Of a DNA stretch of 64,000 nucleotides, positions 1 through 27,904 are shown piece after piece (positions within the stretch are counted from its first letter, which is position 1; every line of letters starts with the position of its first letter). Under the pieces are notes generated by a model. That model had not been told where the DNA came from, did no database searches, and saw only the letters and a list, made by a program, of their open reading frames with translations. A program made the translations under genes and the position numbers. Origin of the DNA: the human T2T-CHM13v2.0 reference genome, Homo sapiens. The stretch lies in NCBI RefSeq assembly GCF_009914755.1, contig NC_060932.1; one strand, written 5' to 3'.

Positions 1-17
1 GTAGTCCCAGCTACTCA

Positions 18-182
<165 letters not shown>

Positions 183-863
183 TTAGCCTCTAGAACATCT
201 TTGTGAATGAGGAATTTTTTTTGACATTGACATTTTCTAGACATGATCTAAAAATGTAGACTAAGTTTTCAGTGCATTGAAGATGGGGAAGGGCAATTCT
301 TTGCCCCAGGTTTTGTGTGTGTCCATTTATGAATGAACTAAACTCATGTTTTTTCATAGCTGTGAGCCTATTCTGCAAAGAATTAGAAGCAAGTTCAAGG
401 GTGTACAGCTTGCAGCTCAACCTTGGAAAACTTCCCTGAGGAGTTAGTACAGAACAGAAAATCCAGTTCTCTGTCCCCAGATGCATAATTCATCTGCCAG
501 CAGAGCAGCTTTTAGATGAAAGGGCCCCAACAGAAGTTTTGGTAGAAAATGACACCAAGAAATGGTGAGTGTTTGGAGATCAGGCTCTTAAATGTTACTC
601 AACTTTGCACAAATATTTGTAAACTTTCCACATGTCCTGAAATTTGTGCAAATAAGTTCACAAAGTCATTTCCAAATTGCTTCTAGTATTTAAAATACTT
701 CCTCAGGGAAAGCTGGAATTCGGCATATTAGAAATGTGTAACCATTTCTTATTCTTAAGAGTCTGAAACCCTAGTTAAGCCCTGGTTTTCCAGATTGTTT
801 GCTTTTATAAAGAATGCTGCCATATATGATAAGCATGGTTTTCTTCACCATATATATCTAGCA

Positions 864-990
864 CAAGGTGTCCAATCTTTTGGCTTCCCTGGGGCACATT
901 GGAAGAAGAATTGTATTGGGCCACAAATAAAATACACTAACACTAATGATAGCTGATAAGCTTTAAAAAAAAGTTTTAAGAAAGTTTATG
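864..990. mobile_element. MER30-like hAT DNA transposon fragment
   Basis: caaggtgtccaatcttttggcttccctgg...aaaatacactaacactaatgatagctg resembles the MER30 end. Interrupted by an Alu. Confidence 0.7.
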
Positions 991-1174
991 GGCCAGACAC
1001 AGTGGCTCATGCCTGTAATCCCAGCATTTTGGGAGGCCATGGTGGGCAGATCTCCTGAGGTCAGGAGTTTGAGACTAGCCTGGCCAACATGGTGAAATCC
1101 CTTCTCTACTAAAAATACAAAAATTAGCCGGGCGTCGTGGTGGGTGCCTGTAATCCCAATTACTTGGGAGCTAG

Positions 1175-1945
1175 TACTTGAATATCACACAGAACCATAA
1201 ACCGGGTGCACGTCTTCTCCTTCCTTTGTCAAAAGATCATAGGGTACTTCCCTTGAGGCCAAATGCCCAGGCTGGGAGAGAGAAGGCAGTGTAGCAGAAA
1301 TAGGAACTGGAAATAGGAACCATTGGGGTCACTTCTTCATATAACTTACTTGTGCCTTTAGGACGTGCTTGGGCCCAATCATGTTTATACTACTTCCATT
1401 TGATAATGAAGTTCTTCTATGCATGCCCAACTTTATGGTTTAGTGGGTCAGATGACATCCAGTTTATAATAGGCAGCTCAGGTTGCATGGTAACTTGGCG
1501 GCCTATGGTCAAACATTCAGTTTCTACTAAAGCCCATTAGCAGGTCAAGAGCTGTCTCTCAAAACGAGAGTATTTATCTGTGGATGATGGCAGGGCCCTG
1601 CTCCAAAGTCTTAAAGGCCTGCACTGTGATTCACCTATGGGGTCCTGCCAAAGTCTCCAGACGGCATCCCTATATGGCACAGACACCACACGCACCATTA
1701 GATCCACTGGATCATATGGCCCAAGTGGCAAAGCTGGCACAACAGCCAGGACCTGTTGCAGAGCTTTCTCCTATTCTGGATACTACTCAAAACTAGCAGA
1801 TTTTTGGATCACTCGTGAATGACCCAACATAACACACCCAAATGAGGAATATGTTGCCTCCAAAAATCTAAATAGGCCAACTAGGCATTGTGCCTCATTC
1901 TTGGTTGTAGGAAGGATCAGAAGCAACAACTTCATCCTTCACCTT
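1175..1945 (-). mobile_element. ERVL (HERV-L-like) internal pol fragment, RT-RNaseH connection region, decayed
   Basis: The supplied ORF 1537..1740 (LPLGPYDPVD...WSRALPSSTDKYSRFERQLLTC) resembles ERVL Pol. It continues after a stop as WALVETE..L, with several disablements. Confidence 0.85.
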
Positions 1946-1949
1946 AAAA

Positions 1950-10830
<8,881 letters not shown>

Positions 10831-10838
10831 ATTGCTCT

Positions 10839-11352
10839 TCTTGTACCCAGGCGAGTTAGAGAAAACGCCACACTTTGAGATGAATTAAGAGTCCTTTATT
10901 AGCCGGCGACCGAGAGACGGCTAACGCTCAAAATTCTCTCGGCCCCGAGGAAGGGGCGTGATTAACTTTTATATCTTGGTTTAGGAAGGGGATGGGGGGG
11001 TCTAGTTAAAACAATTTTACAGAAGTTAAGTAGTCAAAAAAGTTAAAAGGATAAATGGTTACAGGAAAGTAAACAGTTCCAGGTGAAGGGGCTTTAAGAC
11101 TATTACAAGGTGATAGACACGGGGCTTTGGGCATTATCAATCAGATGAATTTTTGGGGACTGCGGATATAGCTTGCCACAGTATCTTATCAGTTAATTGC
11201 ATTCTTGGATGTGCTGGGAGTCAGCTTGCACAAGTTAAGTCCTTGAGGAAGGGGCTGCCAGTGAAAGAGCCAAGATGGAGTTTGTCTGGTTCTCTTAGCT
11301 AAGGGAGAAACAAGGCCAGGTGAATAAGGAAAAAACAAGGTTGGGCATTACA
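10839..11352 (-). mobile_element. Solo ERV1 LTR, LTR6A/B (HERV-S71)-like
   Basis: Minus strand starts TGTAATGCCCAACCTTG. TATAAAA at 10973-10967, AATAAA at 10900-10895, 4-bp TSD CTCT at 10835-10838 and 11353-11356. Confidence 0.82.
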
Positions 11353-12477
11353 CTCTGGAGCTAGGAGTGAGGAAAGCGGCCTGACTCTCTGGGAGTTACA
11401 TGCCTGCTTTATGGGCTCAGTTGAGACAATAGCCTCTGGTGTTCTTGGCTTACTTCTGGCATGGAAAATCCATCTTGAGTGAGGTATGGAGAGGGTGATC
11501 AAGGCCCTGTGTCTTGGCCTGCCATACCTATGGTAAAGCCTCCACCTAGAGTGGAAGTTGGGTGTAGGGAGTCCCTGACCTCTTGGCTGGACCCTCCTGG
11601 AATTTAGTCTCTGCAACACAAAGCTAGAGGGACGTGAGAATACTGGCAACCAGCCCCTCCCTGAAAGATACCATAGCCCTTGATTGGGAGTTAAGGAGTA
11701 CGATCTTCTTGACCATATCCAAGAAGACTGAGTGGAGCCTCAGAGTAGAGCTTCTATAGCATTGAGTTGGGGCAGGGGTTTGGTTAGGGAGAAATGGATT
11801 GTAGCCTAAATGCCACAGACTCAATGTTCTTATGGAGATTTAGTAAACTTTCCTTATCATTTCTTCATTTGCTATATTCCCTTAGGACAACTGGCAGAGA
11901 CTTTAAATGGTTATTTAAAAAAATTTTTTTCTTGCCAATACACTCTGGAAGTCATTTTTCTATTAAATTATTGTTTGTATTCTACAGTTTTACCAAAAAC
12001 TAAAACAATGACGTTTATTTGTATCCTTTAGGATATTTTAAAAATAAAATTTTTATAATCTCAAGACATAAAATGCCATGAATTTAAAGAGAATAAAAAT
12101 TCAACAGCTTTTTAATTTAAAAAATATTTATCATTCAGAAAAATCTCAGTAGAATAAAGCTATATCCAAGTTTTAAAAAGACAGAATTATAAGAGAACAT
12201 TACCTTGAGCAAATTTTTCTATTACTTTTAAGTGTAATAGTTTTGCTTATTTGCAAAGCACTGTTGCTCTTCAATATTTTTCTTTCATGTGAGTGACTGT
12301 ACTTTTAAAACACAAGACTATATAAAATCATAATGCCAAGCAACACCAGTTACCATCAGCTGGAAAATCTATTCTTTTTCTTTAAATACTATTCAGGGTG
12401 GACTATCTTTTTAAAATTCTGGAACACAAATGGATTTTAAAATATGTTGTTTACTATCAACTTTCTAAAAGCTATAG

Positions 12478-12624
<147 letters not shown>

Positions 12625-13277
12625 TGAGCACATCTGGGACTACAGGCGCGCACCACCACGCCAGTCTAATTTTTGTATTTTTAGTAGAGACAGAGTTTCA
12701 CCGTATTGGCCAGACTGGTCTCAAACTCCTGACCTCAGGTGATCGGCCCACCTCTGCCTGCCAAAGTGCTGGGATTACAGGTGTGAGCCACCGCGCCTGG
12801 CCACACATGTATTTTTTTTTTTAGCATTAAAAGATGATCAGGGAATATTAATGCAAGCTAAAGAGCCCGTATCATGTGAAACTTTCATTTGCCATCACCA
12901 TTATTGTTATAATTCTAAGAAAGGGATCACATAAATTATAGTTGAAAGAAAAAAAATCCCCTCATGTACTTGGATTTCCAAGTACAAAGTTTTGCAACAA
13001 CAGAATTATTTTTAGTACACTTCTATACAATTAGTAAACATTTAAATTAGTTTTTAAAAACTTAAAACTTCAATTGGAATGTGCTAATTCAAGCCAAGTA
13101 GCAATTCAGGTGACCTTTATATTTGCATTATAAGGCAGTATTAAAAGATTGAGACCGCCTGGGCGCGGTGGCTCATGCCTGTATTCCCAACACTTTGGGA
13201 GGCCAAGGCAGGCTGGTCACCTGAGGTCGGGAGTTCAAGACCAGCCTGGCCAGCATGGAGAAACCCCGTCTCTACTA

Positions 13278-13504
<227 letters not shown>

Positions 13505-13820
13505 CTATTTTTACCTAAATGACCTCCTTTTCTTGGCAATGTTATAAACAATAGCCAATTCAGAAATAAGTACCTGCACCTCAAACTTCTGTTTACTATG
13601 ATAAATTATTTAAATGAAAGCAGTTGGTGTACATGCTGCTTGCTCAGTTCTCTCCAAATGGGGATTTATGTCTGTTATGAAAAGAAAGTAGCTTGAGGTT
13701 AAATAATAATGCTAATATGCTAAGTAATTATGATTTCCATTTTTATAATCTTACCTGGATTCTTCATTCTGGGACACACACATAGAATTTGTCTTTTATG
13801 TAGAAGAGTACTTAGATTGA

Positions 13821-14164
<344 letters not shown>

Positions 14165-14301
14165 TAAATCTAAATATTCCTGAGTACTTCCAGGAATTGC
14201 TAGAAAGATGACATATAAAACCAAACTTCTTGAATACTTTGTAGCTTCGAGTTCCATGAATAATCTGTAAAAGCCTTCTGACTGATCAGCATGAGTTCTA
14301 A

Positions 14302-14577
<276 letters not shown>

Positions 14578-14784
14578 TGATCCATCCGCCTCGGCCTCCC
14601 AAAGTGCTGGGATTACAGGCGTGAGCCATGGCGCCCCGCCCAACTTCAAGTAATCTTCTAATCATTATTTCTATTTTTGAGATACTGGTTCATAAAACAT
14701 CAAATATGCATGAATCACAGTGCTATCCACTGGCAGCATGGCAGTGAACTACAATGAAAACCAGTTCTACAAAAGACACTTTGA

Positions 14785-16073
14785 ATGCCATTGTTTCACA
14801 CCTTTAATACTGTCTTAAAGGTTCTATTGCTCTTCAACGATCTTAGTGTACTTTGAAATATAAAAGTAATAATTATCATTGGAACAGTTATTCTAAATCT
14901 AAAAAGATAACTCCCATAGCAATATTTGTTTACTCAGAACATATTTTCACTTCCAATATATGTAAAATTTCTCACAAAGAACAGAACTCACAGTTTGAAC
15001 AGAAACCTCAGTGTTTAAATCTCCACATTCAGTAAAATAAACGCTACATAGTAGGTTGTTCTGAATATAAATCACGCATTTAACTAAATGGGATATAATT
15101 TCTAACTTGTGTTAAAAGTGAAGAAATAATTTTTTATGTGAAGCCTTGTCCCAACTCAGTCAAGTGCAAGATTATCATATGATACAAATCAAACTCTACT
15201 AACACAGCACATTTGTCAGAGACTTGAAGGCAGATACATAACTACAGCTGGGGAACTGGATGTCCTTCAGCTAGGGTGTAATGAAAGAAAAAAGCGTATC
15301 ATAGATCAGGTCCCAGTTTTAATTACTTCATTGATGACAATGCCTTACTTTATTTATTGAAAAATGTTTCTTCCACTGAAAATACACTTCTAATTTTATA
15401 ATGCAAGACAGTAGGGGAAAAAATAGGAGCCCATGTAAAAAAAAAAAATCCACTCTTAGAATCTGAAGTTATTGATCAGATATGCAATGACTTTTTTCTG
15501 CTGTGATGATAATCAAATCTTTTTTCTTAAGTACTGACTTGCCAATTTATCTTTGATAACTGATTCAGAAAGATAAATGAACCTTGTGACTTTACATATG
15601 AGAATATGTACATATGTATATATATATTCTAAGAAGTTATGTCCCATGATCTGACCCATACTTCTGATTTAAAATATAACTAAATTCTCTCAATAAAACA
15701 GTACTAATTTTAAGTTTTAAACTGAAATCACCCTTTTACCACACTGTTCTCATTCTCTTTACTTTTTATTTTTACATTATTTCTATAAATACTAAAAAAA
15801 AACCCCAAAATCCCCAATCTTGAAACCAACTTACATTAGAGGTCTGAGGTTAGTTTATAACTTTTAAAATATTTTGTTAAAATGTAAAAAACCTGAAATT
15901 ACAAACAAAAAAATTTATAATTTTACAGTATATATAGAATTTTTTTTAAAAAAATATTCTGAACTGTTTTTATATAAGTAATCAAATGTTATTTTTTTAA
16001 ATGAAACTCCTTTACAGGCTAGAGGAGGATATGTGGTATTGCCCCATTAGAAATCAATACACATTTCATTTTT
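14785..16073 (-). other. THAP1: THAP1 3' UTR (about 1.3 kb, AU-rich, no obvious repeats)
   Basis: Unique AT-rich sequence after the stop. ATTAAA at 14808-14803, upstream AATAAA at 15770-15765 and 15358-15349, Pumilio-type TGTACATA at 15612-15605. The end is inferred from the signal. Confidence 0.75.
14803..14808 (-). terminator. THAP1: THAP1 distal polyadenylation signal (ATTAAA)
   Basis: tttaat on the plus strand, followed on the minus strand by GT/T-rich sequence. Gives a gene span of about 6.65 kb, consistent with the known THAP1 size. Confidence 0.7.
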
Positions 16074-16448
<375 letters not shown>

Positions 16449-17252
16449 CTAAAACAAAAATACAAAGTATGTTTGAATTTAGTAACTAAAAACAGTTTAA
16501 AAGAATCTGTGGACTGACCAGGCGCAGTGGCTCATGCCTATAATCCTAGTACTTTTGTGAGGAAGAGGTGGGCGGATCACCTGAGGTCAGGAGTTTGAGA
16601 CCAGCCTGGCCAACATGGTGAAACCCTGTCTCTGCTAAAAATACAAAAATTAGCCAGATGTGGTGGTGCACGCCTATAATCCCAGCTACTTGGGCGGCTG
16701 AGGCAAGAGAATTGCTTGAAACTGGGAGGCGGAGGTTGCAGTGAGCCAAGATCATGTCACTGCACTCCAGCCTGGGCAACAAAGACTTTGTCTCCAAAAA
16801 ATAAATAAATAAATAAATAATAAAAGAATCTGTGGAATTTAAGAAATACTGACTTTTTTTGGGAATCAGTGGTATAGAAACATTCCAAAATGAGAAAACA
16901 GTTTCAGTTTGAATAAACTTTTCTACCTGAAGTAGAGGGACGGTGCAGGAAAGAGACAAAATGAATCATCAGATCTAATTAAATATTAAGCACTGAGGAG
17001 AAAAAAATGCTTTGAAACTAAACTGTCACTGATAAAGAAAACCCAAAACTTATCAATATATAACTGGCAGTACAGAGTGGTTTTTAACTAAGTTACAAAG
17101 CTGGACTAAGTTTCTTAGTGTGAGGATATTTATCTTTAATAAACTGCATTTTGTGTTTTCAGAAGTGTATCACTGTTAACTACAAGGTTCCAGGCACATT
17201 TATTCTCTTAACACTAACTCAATTTTCCACATTTTAATCAATGAACACATCA

Positions 17253-17564
<312 letters not shown>

Positions 17565-18861
17565 TTAGGAAATATCTTACATTGGTATTAAAGATGTTAC
17601 AATTGTATTATCCTATTGGATTAAAGATTAGCTCTAGTTATCTATTTATCTCATTTATTAATTTTTTAAAAATTTTTTTGAGATGCCGTCTTGCTCTGTT
17701 GTTAGGCTGGAGTGCAGTGGTGCAATCTCGGCTCACTGCGTCTCCGCCTCCCAGGTTCAAGCGATTCTCCTGCCTCAGCCTCCCAAGTAGCTGGGACTCA
17801 GGCGTGCGCCACCACGCCCAGCTAAGTTTTGTACTTTTAGTAGAGATGGGCTTTCACCATGTTGGCCAGGATGGATTCGATTTCTTGACCTTGTGATCTG
17901 CCCGCCTTGGCCTCCCAAAGTGCTCGAATTACATGCGTGAGCCACTGTGCCTGGCCCTCATTCATTAACGTTTAACTTTTTATACTGAGTTCACCAAAAG
18001 ATTCAGGTAAAATACATACTATAGAGTAAATGTGCCCACGGCTCATGCCTGTAATCCCAGCACTTGGGAGGCCACTGTCCGAGGGACTACTTAAGTCCAA
18101 GAGTTCGAGACTAGCCTGGGCAACACGGCAAAACCCTGTCTCTACAAAAGACACAAAAATTAGCTGGGCATGGTGGTATGTGCCCAGGTACTCAGGAGGC
18201 TGAGACTGAGGTGGAAGGACTGCTCGAGCCTGGGAGGTCAAGGCTGCGGTGAGCTGAGATCATTCCACTGCACTCCAGCCTGGGTGACAGAGCCATACCG
18301 TCTCAAAAAGAAAAAAATAACCTGTATTCATATTTTTTACCAGTAATTTTCTGTGTGCTGCACAGAGAGACAAAGATTGCACATTTGTATCTGCGTACTG
18401 GGAAAAAGGGGCTTCTAGTTCTCTTAGCATCAGTCTGACAAATATGAATAGGCTAAATTTGAATTAAAGGCAGATAATAACGAAAGAATTTATTTTCTAA
18501 TCAACTGGGATGTCCATTAGGCCCAGGTAAACGGGGATAGTGAGAGTTTACATTTATTGTGGTAATTTTACTCTTCCAAGTTAAGAATTTGGTAAACTGG
18601 GGGGATTAGAAAGAAAAAGGGAAGGGAATTTCAAATTTATGTTTCACAGTCTCTCTTCCATGTACGATATGCTAGAGCCTGACTCTGCTAGTAAGAGATC
18701 TTTATGACAGTCCCTTTTCTTTGTACGACATAGCACTCTCCGCTGCCACTATGTAGAGGGTGGGAGAAGTGGTACTCCTAGAAAATCTCAGCTGGGGCTG
18801 GGCATGGCCTGTAATCAGGCCTGTAATCCCAGCACTTTGGGAGGCTGAGGAGGGCGGATCA

Positions 18862-19110
<249 letters not shown>

Positions 19111-19124
19111 TCAACTGGAACGGC

Positions 19125-19249
19125 CTCTATAAGTATAAACTAGGGTAGCATTTGCTGGTAAAATTCAGTACCTATGGCCTCCTGGCTCTGTAAGTATAAA
19201 CTATGGTAGCATTTGCTGGTAAAATTCAGTACCTAGGGCCTCCTGGCTC
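19125..19249. repeat. 61-bp tandem duplication in THAP1 intron 1
   Basis: Two copies, period 61, three mismatches. Confidence 0.92.
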
Positions 19250-19390
19250 AAGGACAACAAATTTACAGCTGTTTGTGAGATTCTCTTAAGATCTTTCCCA
19301 TCTACTCTCCCTAAACCTGCTATTTTAGATAAGGGATAAGATGCAGGTTAGCCCTTCTTTTGATTCAATCCATATCTGCTTAACATCTAG

Positions 19391-19828
<438 letters not shown>

Positions 19829-20829
19829 TAATCCTGTTACCATCACCTGACCTTTCCCTACATTTAGAAAGAACATGTTTACAGAAATTCCAATTAAATC
19901 AAGAGATAATATTAGGATATCCTGAACTGAATCCTCTAAGTGTTCTATCCCCTTCTCCAAGGGGTAACATTATTACTCTGGAGACCTCTCTATGTTCTAC
20001 ACACTCTTATTTCTATAGGGTCCATCTCACATGATATCAAACATATTTAAAAAATGCATGGACACTCCCCTAGTAAACACAGATGGCCCCACAGCAAAAA
20101 AATAAATTAACTGAAAAGATATTTAACATTTTGCTTTTGTAATTATTTACCTAATTATAAAAGATAATTAGCTAATTACCTATGGCTAATCTGTATAGTT
20201 TACCCCTGGATCTGATTTCTTACCTATCATCTGCGTATAGCTGTCAGGAATTCTTGCAAAGAAAACTTAACATAAATGTAATTAAAATTTGTAAACAAAT
20301 TCAGCTGAATGAAAATGTTATGTCACATTTTACAAGCGTTTATCATAAGTAATTACAACTCTGCACTTTTTTCCTATTTTCAAGAGAATATTTTTGATCC
20401 TATCACTTAACTGTGCTACCTACTGGATAAGACAGCTCTGAAAGCTGTGGGGCAGTTTCTTTCGAAAGAGCTTTCTCTATGCACAGGTAATGCCATAATA
20501 AATAAAGATCCGTGTGAGTCATTTTATTATGATCCATGTTGTAACTGTCCATATTATCATTATTGTGTGCTGAAAAGATAACGATTTATCTCGGCAGTAC
20601 CTGAAGCTTTCTCCAAAATACAGGGTCCTTAAAGCTTAGTTCCTAGAGATTGGGGGCAAAAATTCTCCCTGATTTCCCAGCCAAAAAACCCTTAATTGCT
20701 ACGATGCTGGCCTCCCATCCACGGCAAGGGCGAAAAGTAGTGATTTCTTCGTTTAAAGGCCTTTGTTTCTATTTTAAATTTACCCCTAAGACCATATTAA
20801 AACACCTGGCTGCTCTGTGACCCTGGTGG

Positions 20830-21800
<971 letters not shown>

Positions 21801-21976
21801 CACAGATGGTGTATGATTAATAAAATTGTGGAACCTTTTCCCAGAGTGCTAATCTTTATCCCATTACCTGTGTCTTCAGGTATCACAAGTTTCTGTGAGA
21901 GCCAACGTGACAGATTTTTAGCAATGAAAAAAGACACACTCGCCAAATCATCTCAATTGCCAACGCAGAAGCGTTT

Positions 21977-22057
21977 TATATATATGTATGTATATGTATG
22001 TATATATGTGTGTATGTATATATGTGTGTGTGTATGTATATATATATATATATATGT
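21977..22057. repeat. Compound (TA)n/(TG)n microsatellite upstream of THAP1
   Basis: tatatatatgtatgtatatgtatg...gtgtgtgtgtatgtatatatatatatata. Confidence 0.9.
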
Positions 22058-22290
22058 AATTTTTTAAATAAATAGAGGCGTTGTCTCCCCACGTTGCCCA
22101 GGTCAGTCTGGAACTCGAGCTCAAGGGATCCTCCCATCTCGACCTCCCCATGGGTTGGGATTACAGGAGTTGAGCCACCAGGCTGTCCCTCCCCAGAAGC
22201 TTTTCTGAAGGCTCTCCATTGCTGTGATTTCCATGTGCTGTGTTGCAAATAGCGAACTGCTGCAGCAATTTTCACACCTGAGAGAGAATA

Positions 22291-23124
<834 letters not shown>

Positions 23125-23520
23125 GTTTTACTTCATTCCCTGCTCCTTTTCTTTATATAGATCTGAGCCAGGCAGACCTGGAGAGCGGACTGTTGAGTAA
23201 TCCCTTGGCCCTTATTCTCTACCTTTCCTGCCCTTTTAAATGTTGCTGTTTCCCCAGGGTTCCATCTTCTGCCCTCCTCTAACTCCTAAACACCCTGCTC
23301 CTTAAACTGAACCAAATACCATAATTCTCTCATCTTTTATTTCCTTTGTATATCCGTTCTGCCTTTGGGATTATCATCTGTGAATTATCATCTGTGAATT
23401 ATCTGTTCAACAGTTGTCTAAACCAGAAACCTTGGAGTCATCTTGGATTTTTTTTGTCACCCATAAAACCCGTTGATGACCAGGTTAATTTTGTAGACTA
23501 AATAAATAAATGCCCCTTAA

Positions 23521-23895
<375 letters not shown>

Positions 23896-24322
23896 TAACA
23901 GAGATGAGGTCTCACTGTGTTGCCCAGGCTGGTCTCAAACTCCTGGGTTTAAGCTATCTGTCAGCCAGGGCCTCCCAAAGTCCTGGGACTACAGGCGTGA
24001 GCCACGGCACCTGGCCTCCTCACTGTTCTTGACCAAGCTCTCATGGTCTTAACCTTGCAGCAACCCCTTAACTATCCTAGTCTCCAGTTTTACCTCTCTC
24101 CATTCTATCTTCTATAGAAGGGTGGTGCATGCCTGCCACGCCCTTGCTCATATCCTTCCAAGGCTACCTGCTGTACTGAATAAAATCCAAACTTCTTATG
24201 GTGAATTATAAAGCTCTTTAAGACCAAGTACTTCTACTCTTCCACCATCATCTCCCTCCACTTGTCTTTACCTTTGTTCCGGCTTTATGTCTTAGAGGGT
24301 AGGCTCTTTTGTGGTTTCTTTA

Positions 24323-24709
<387 letters not shown>

Positions 24710-24959
24710 TCAGGGCTCAGGAGGCTGAGGCAGGGACTCAAGGCAGCCTGGACAGCAGAGTGAGACCCTGTTTCTAAAAAGTTGTTTTTAATTGGTCAGG
24801 TATGGTGGTGCATGCCTGTAGTTCCAGCTACTTGGGAGGCTGAGGCAAGGAGGATCCCTTGAGTCCAGGAGTCTGAGGCTGCTGGAGTGTGAGCTATGAT
24901 CATGACAGTGAGATCCCATCTCTAAATTTTATACACATACACATACACACACAGATATG

Positions 24960-27740
<2,781 letters not shown>

Positions 27741-27763
27741 TTACCAAAATGCCAGAATAGTAG

Positions 27764-27769
27764 TTTATT
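27764..27769 (-). terminator. RNF170: Polyadenylation signal for the alternative RNF170 terminal exon
   Basis: tttatt on the plus strand, about 1.1 kb past the alternative stop and just before the Tigger1 end. Confidence 0.6.
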
Positions 27770-27904
27770 AGCATTACCATGGATATTGAGACTGCTGGGA
27801 ATATCTCTGAGGTCCTCTGTGCCTGTGTCTGATAAAGGTCAGAATGGATAACATTGTGAACTGAGAAAGTGTATTTCAACTTAGAGTTCCCTGATATTGT
27901 TTTC

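Noticed and set aside
604-652. 11-bp inverted repeat tttgcacaaat/atttgtgcaaa
   Set aside because: Short and AT-rich, plausible by chance in 64 kb.
19125-19249. Direct repeats as a possible CRISPR-like array
   Set aside because: Only two abutting copies with no spacers, in a eukaryotic context.
23370-23404. Short 12-15 bp tandem duplications (also near 1297, 6946, 10446, 28838)
   Set aside because: Ordinary slippage events inside old repeats.
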